Shown piece after piece: positions 62,410 through 64,000 of a stretch of 64,000 nucleotides of DNA. This DNA is from Raillietiella orientalis (taxonomy: Eukaryota). The stretch is from assembly GCA_036172245.1 (NCBI GenBank), contig JAYWIR010000017.1, positions 3,162,001-3,226,000 of the forward strand. Direction: 5' to 3'. Under the pieces are notes generated by a model, which saw only the letters and a list, made by a program, of their open reading frames with translations, searched no databases and was not told the DNA's origin. The translations under genes were made by a program, and so were the position numbers. Every line of letters starts with the position of its first letter. The first letter of the stretch is position 1.

Positions 62410-63060
62410 TGTGTCCGCGTTGGCGGCCGCGTGGCTGTGATCTTCGCGCATGGCACTGAACGTCGCAGGTTCGAGTCCCCATGCGAAGGAACGACGCCGA
62501 GAAATGGAGTTGCGTCGTGGACTTCGAGTCCCTACCACAGGATGACACTGGCTGGCCTGCAGGCTTCGGGTAAGATGGCACTACTGGAAACCAGATGACT
62601 CTCTTGACTGGCCGGGATTGGAAGCTAAGAAGTCGACCTTCCAAAGTCCTTTCAGGAATCAAAGTGCCCTTCGGGGTTCCCTCCCAGTTGCGAAGATGGG
62701 GCCGTTGCCATGGAGCTGATTGATACCTTCCTCGAAAAGTTGAGTTTCCGGAGTGTAAAAAAATGTGCTGCTCCCTTCGGGGTTCTTTTCAGAGGAAGAG
62801 GAAACTAGGAGAGGTTCCCTTGCGGGTTTCCTCCGGAGAAGAAATTCCAGGAGCGGATCCTTTACGGGTTCCCTTCTGGGAAAGAAGGAAGACTGGTTGT
62901 CTCCGGAGGTCCTTCCGGAGAGGACAAGGGAGAAGTTCCCTTCAGGGTTCCCTCCCAAAAGTAATAGGAACGAACTTCTTGATCCTCCGAAGTCTTCCTG
63001 GATCCAAAGGATGGTCTTTATAACTTGAAGAGTCATATGCGACCTCGGGTGGTGTGGACA
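62410..63060 (+). repeat. Dispersed repeat family A copy with a tRNA-like head
   Basis: GGCCGCGTGGCTGTG (A-box-like) and AGGTTCGAGTCCCC (B-box) at ~62425-62481, followed by body sequence shared with the other copies. Confidence 0.8.
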
Positions 63061-63735
63061 GAGGAGCTACCCATTAAGGAGACGAACGGCTCTTCTGCAC
63101 TCCTTGGGAACAGAAAAAAAAAATCCAGCGATCCATTTCTTTGTCGGCGACCAGCAGCGCCGATCTGCGCGAGAGCGAACTGGTCTGCCCTCAGTGAATC
63201 GGGAAGAGCAGCTCTGAAGCTCTGTTTCGTTTTCGATCCAGATGTCTCGGTGGTGACTTCTAGGAGTGTGGGTGCTTCTAAAACGGTACCTCTTTTAAGG
63301 CGCCCATCCATCATCTCTAGAGACACGGACATGCCCTTCTTTTTGATTGCCCGGTGCTGTTGATTTCGCATCCCGCGGCGGGCAGCTACTTCAGGACCCC
63401 CTGCCCTTCTCCGTCCTCCGCGTTCCCCGGTTTGGAACTGGCGGATTCATTCCTCCTCCGCGCGACCTCAGGATCCTGTGGTTCGATCCTGCCTGAAGCC
63501 GGCTGGGGACTCGAATAGCAGGTGGATTCCCAGGGGCGGGTTCCGAAATTATTACTGCCCGGCCATCGAGACTCTGGATGGAGATCCTTGCTTTGCCCCA
63601 GCAAGCATACCGATACCAACATGCAACCGTTTCCCTCGCTGTGTAGCGACGGAGAGCGTACATTCCCCGAGGCTGCTTGCAAGTTTTTCGATTCTCCCCA
63701 TGCAACCCTTCCACTTTTCAGCCGTCATTTTTCAC

Positions 63736-63769
63736 CGGGTCTTGTGGAAAATGACTTCCACAAGACCCG
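63736..63769. repeat. Perfect 14-bp hairpin
   Basis: cgggtcttgtggaa-aatgac-ttccacaagacccg. Confidence 0.9.
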
Positions 63770-64000
63770 TCTAATCAATTACTGCTGCGGCGTCAGCAGT
63801 TCTTGCCAGCATTTCAGTAGCAGTAATAACTTTTTCATCTTTTTGGAAAATCTTAAAGTGAGAGCCTCGCTTGGAATACCCCTTGTCTTCATTAGAAATG
63901 CTCCCCATCTCGTTTCCAATGAGCCCTGCTGGAGTCGCTGCTTCATCAGGAAGACTCTACCGTGACTGCCTACTGATGTCCCTGCTGGTAGATTTCTCTT

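Noticed and set aside
1..64000. CRISPR arrays, rRNA, prokaryotic operons
   Set aside because: None seen; the sequence is intron-containing eukaryotic DNA.

Overview
Eukaryotic genomic DNA, most likely arthropod (arthropod-type U1/U2 sequence, a Closca/Nasrat/Polehole-like gene, many ~40-60 nt GT-AG introns). The core (~18-38 kb) holds three spliced genes: a large secreted EAR/EPTP-repeat protein (+, 18069-25926), GPATCH11 (-, 25886-27141) and a USP16/USP45 deubiquitinase (-, 31079-37707). The GC-richer flanks (1-17 kb, 40-64 kb) are mosaics of decayed material: a Utopia-like retrotransposon 3' end fused to a truncated U2 snRNA, a variant U1 snRNA, LINE/LTR remnants, a hAT MITE, a dispersed ~1 kb repeat and dead exons of an unidentified gene family. 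The most notable signal is a degraded phenuivirus-like (bunyavirus) nucleoprotein EVE at ~60.1-61.0 kb, with CCCH zinc-finger remnants upstream, enclosed by nested inverted repeats. A weaker N-like plus CCCH-array relic lies at 47.2-48.7 kb. All homology calls come from manual translation and remembered motifs; no searches were run.
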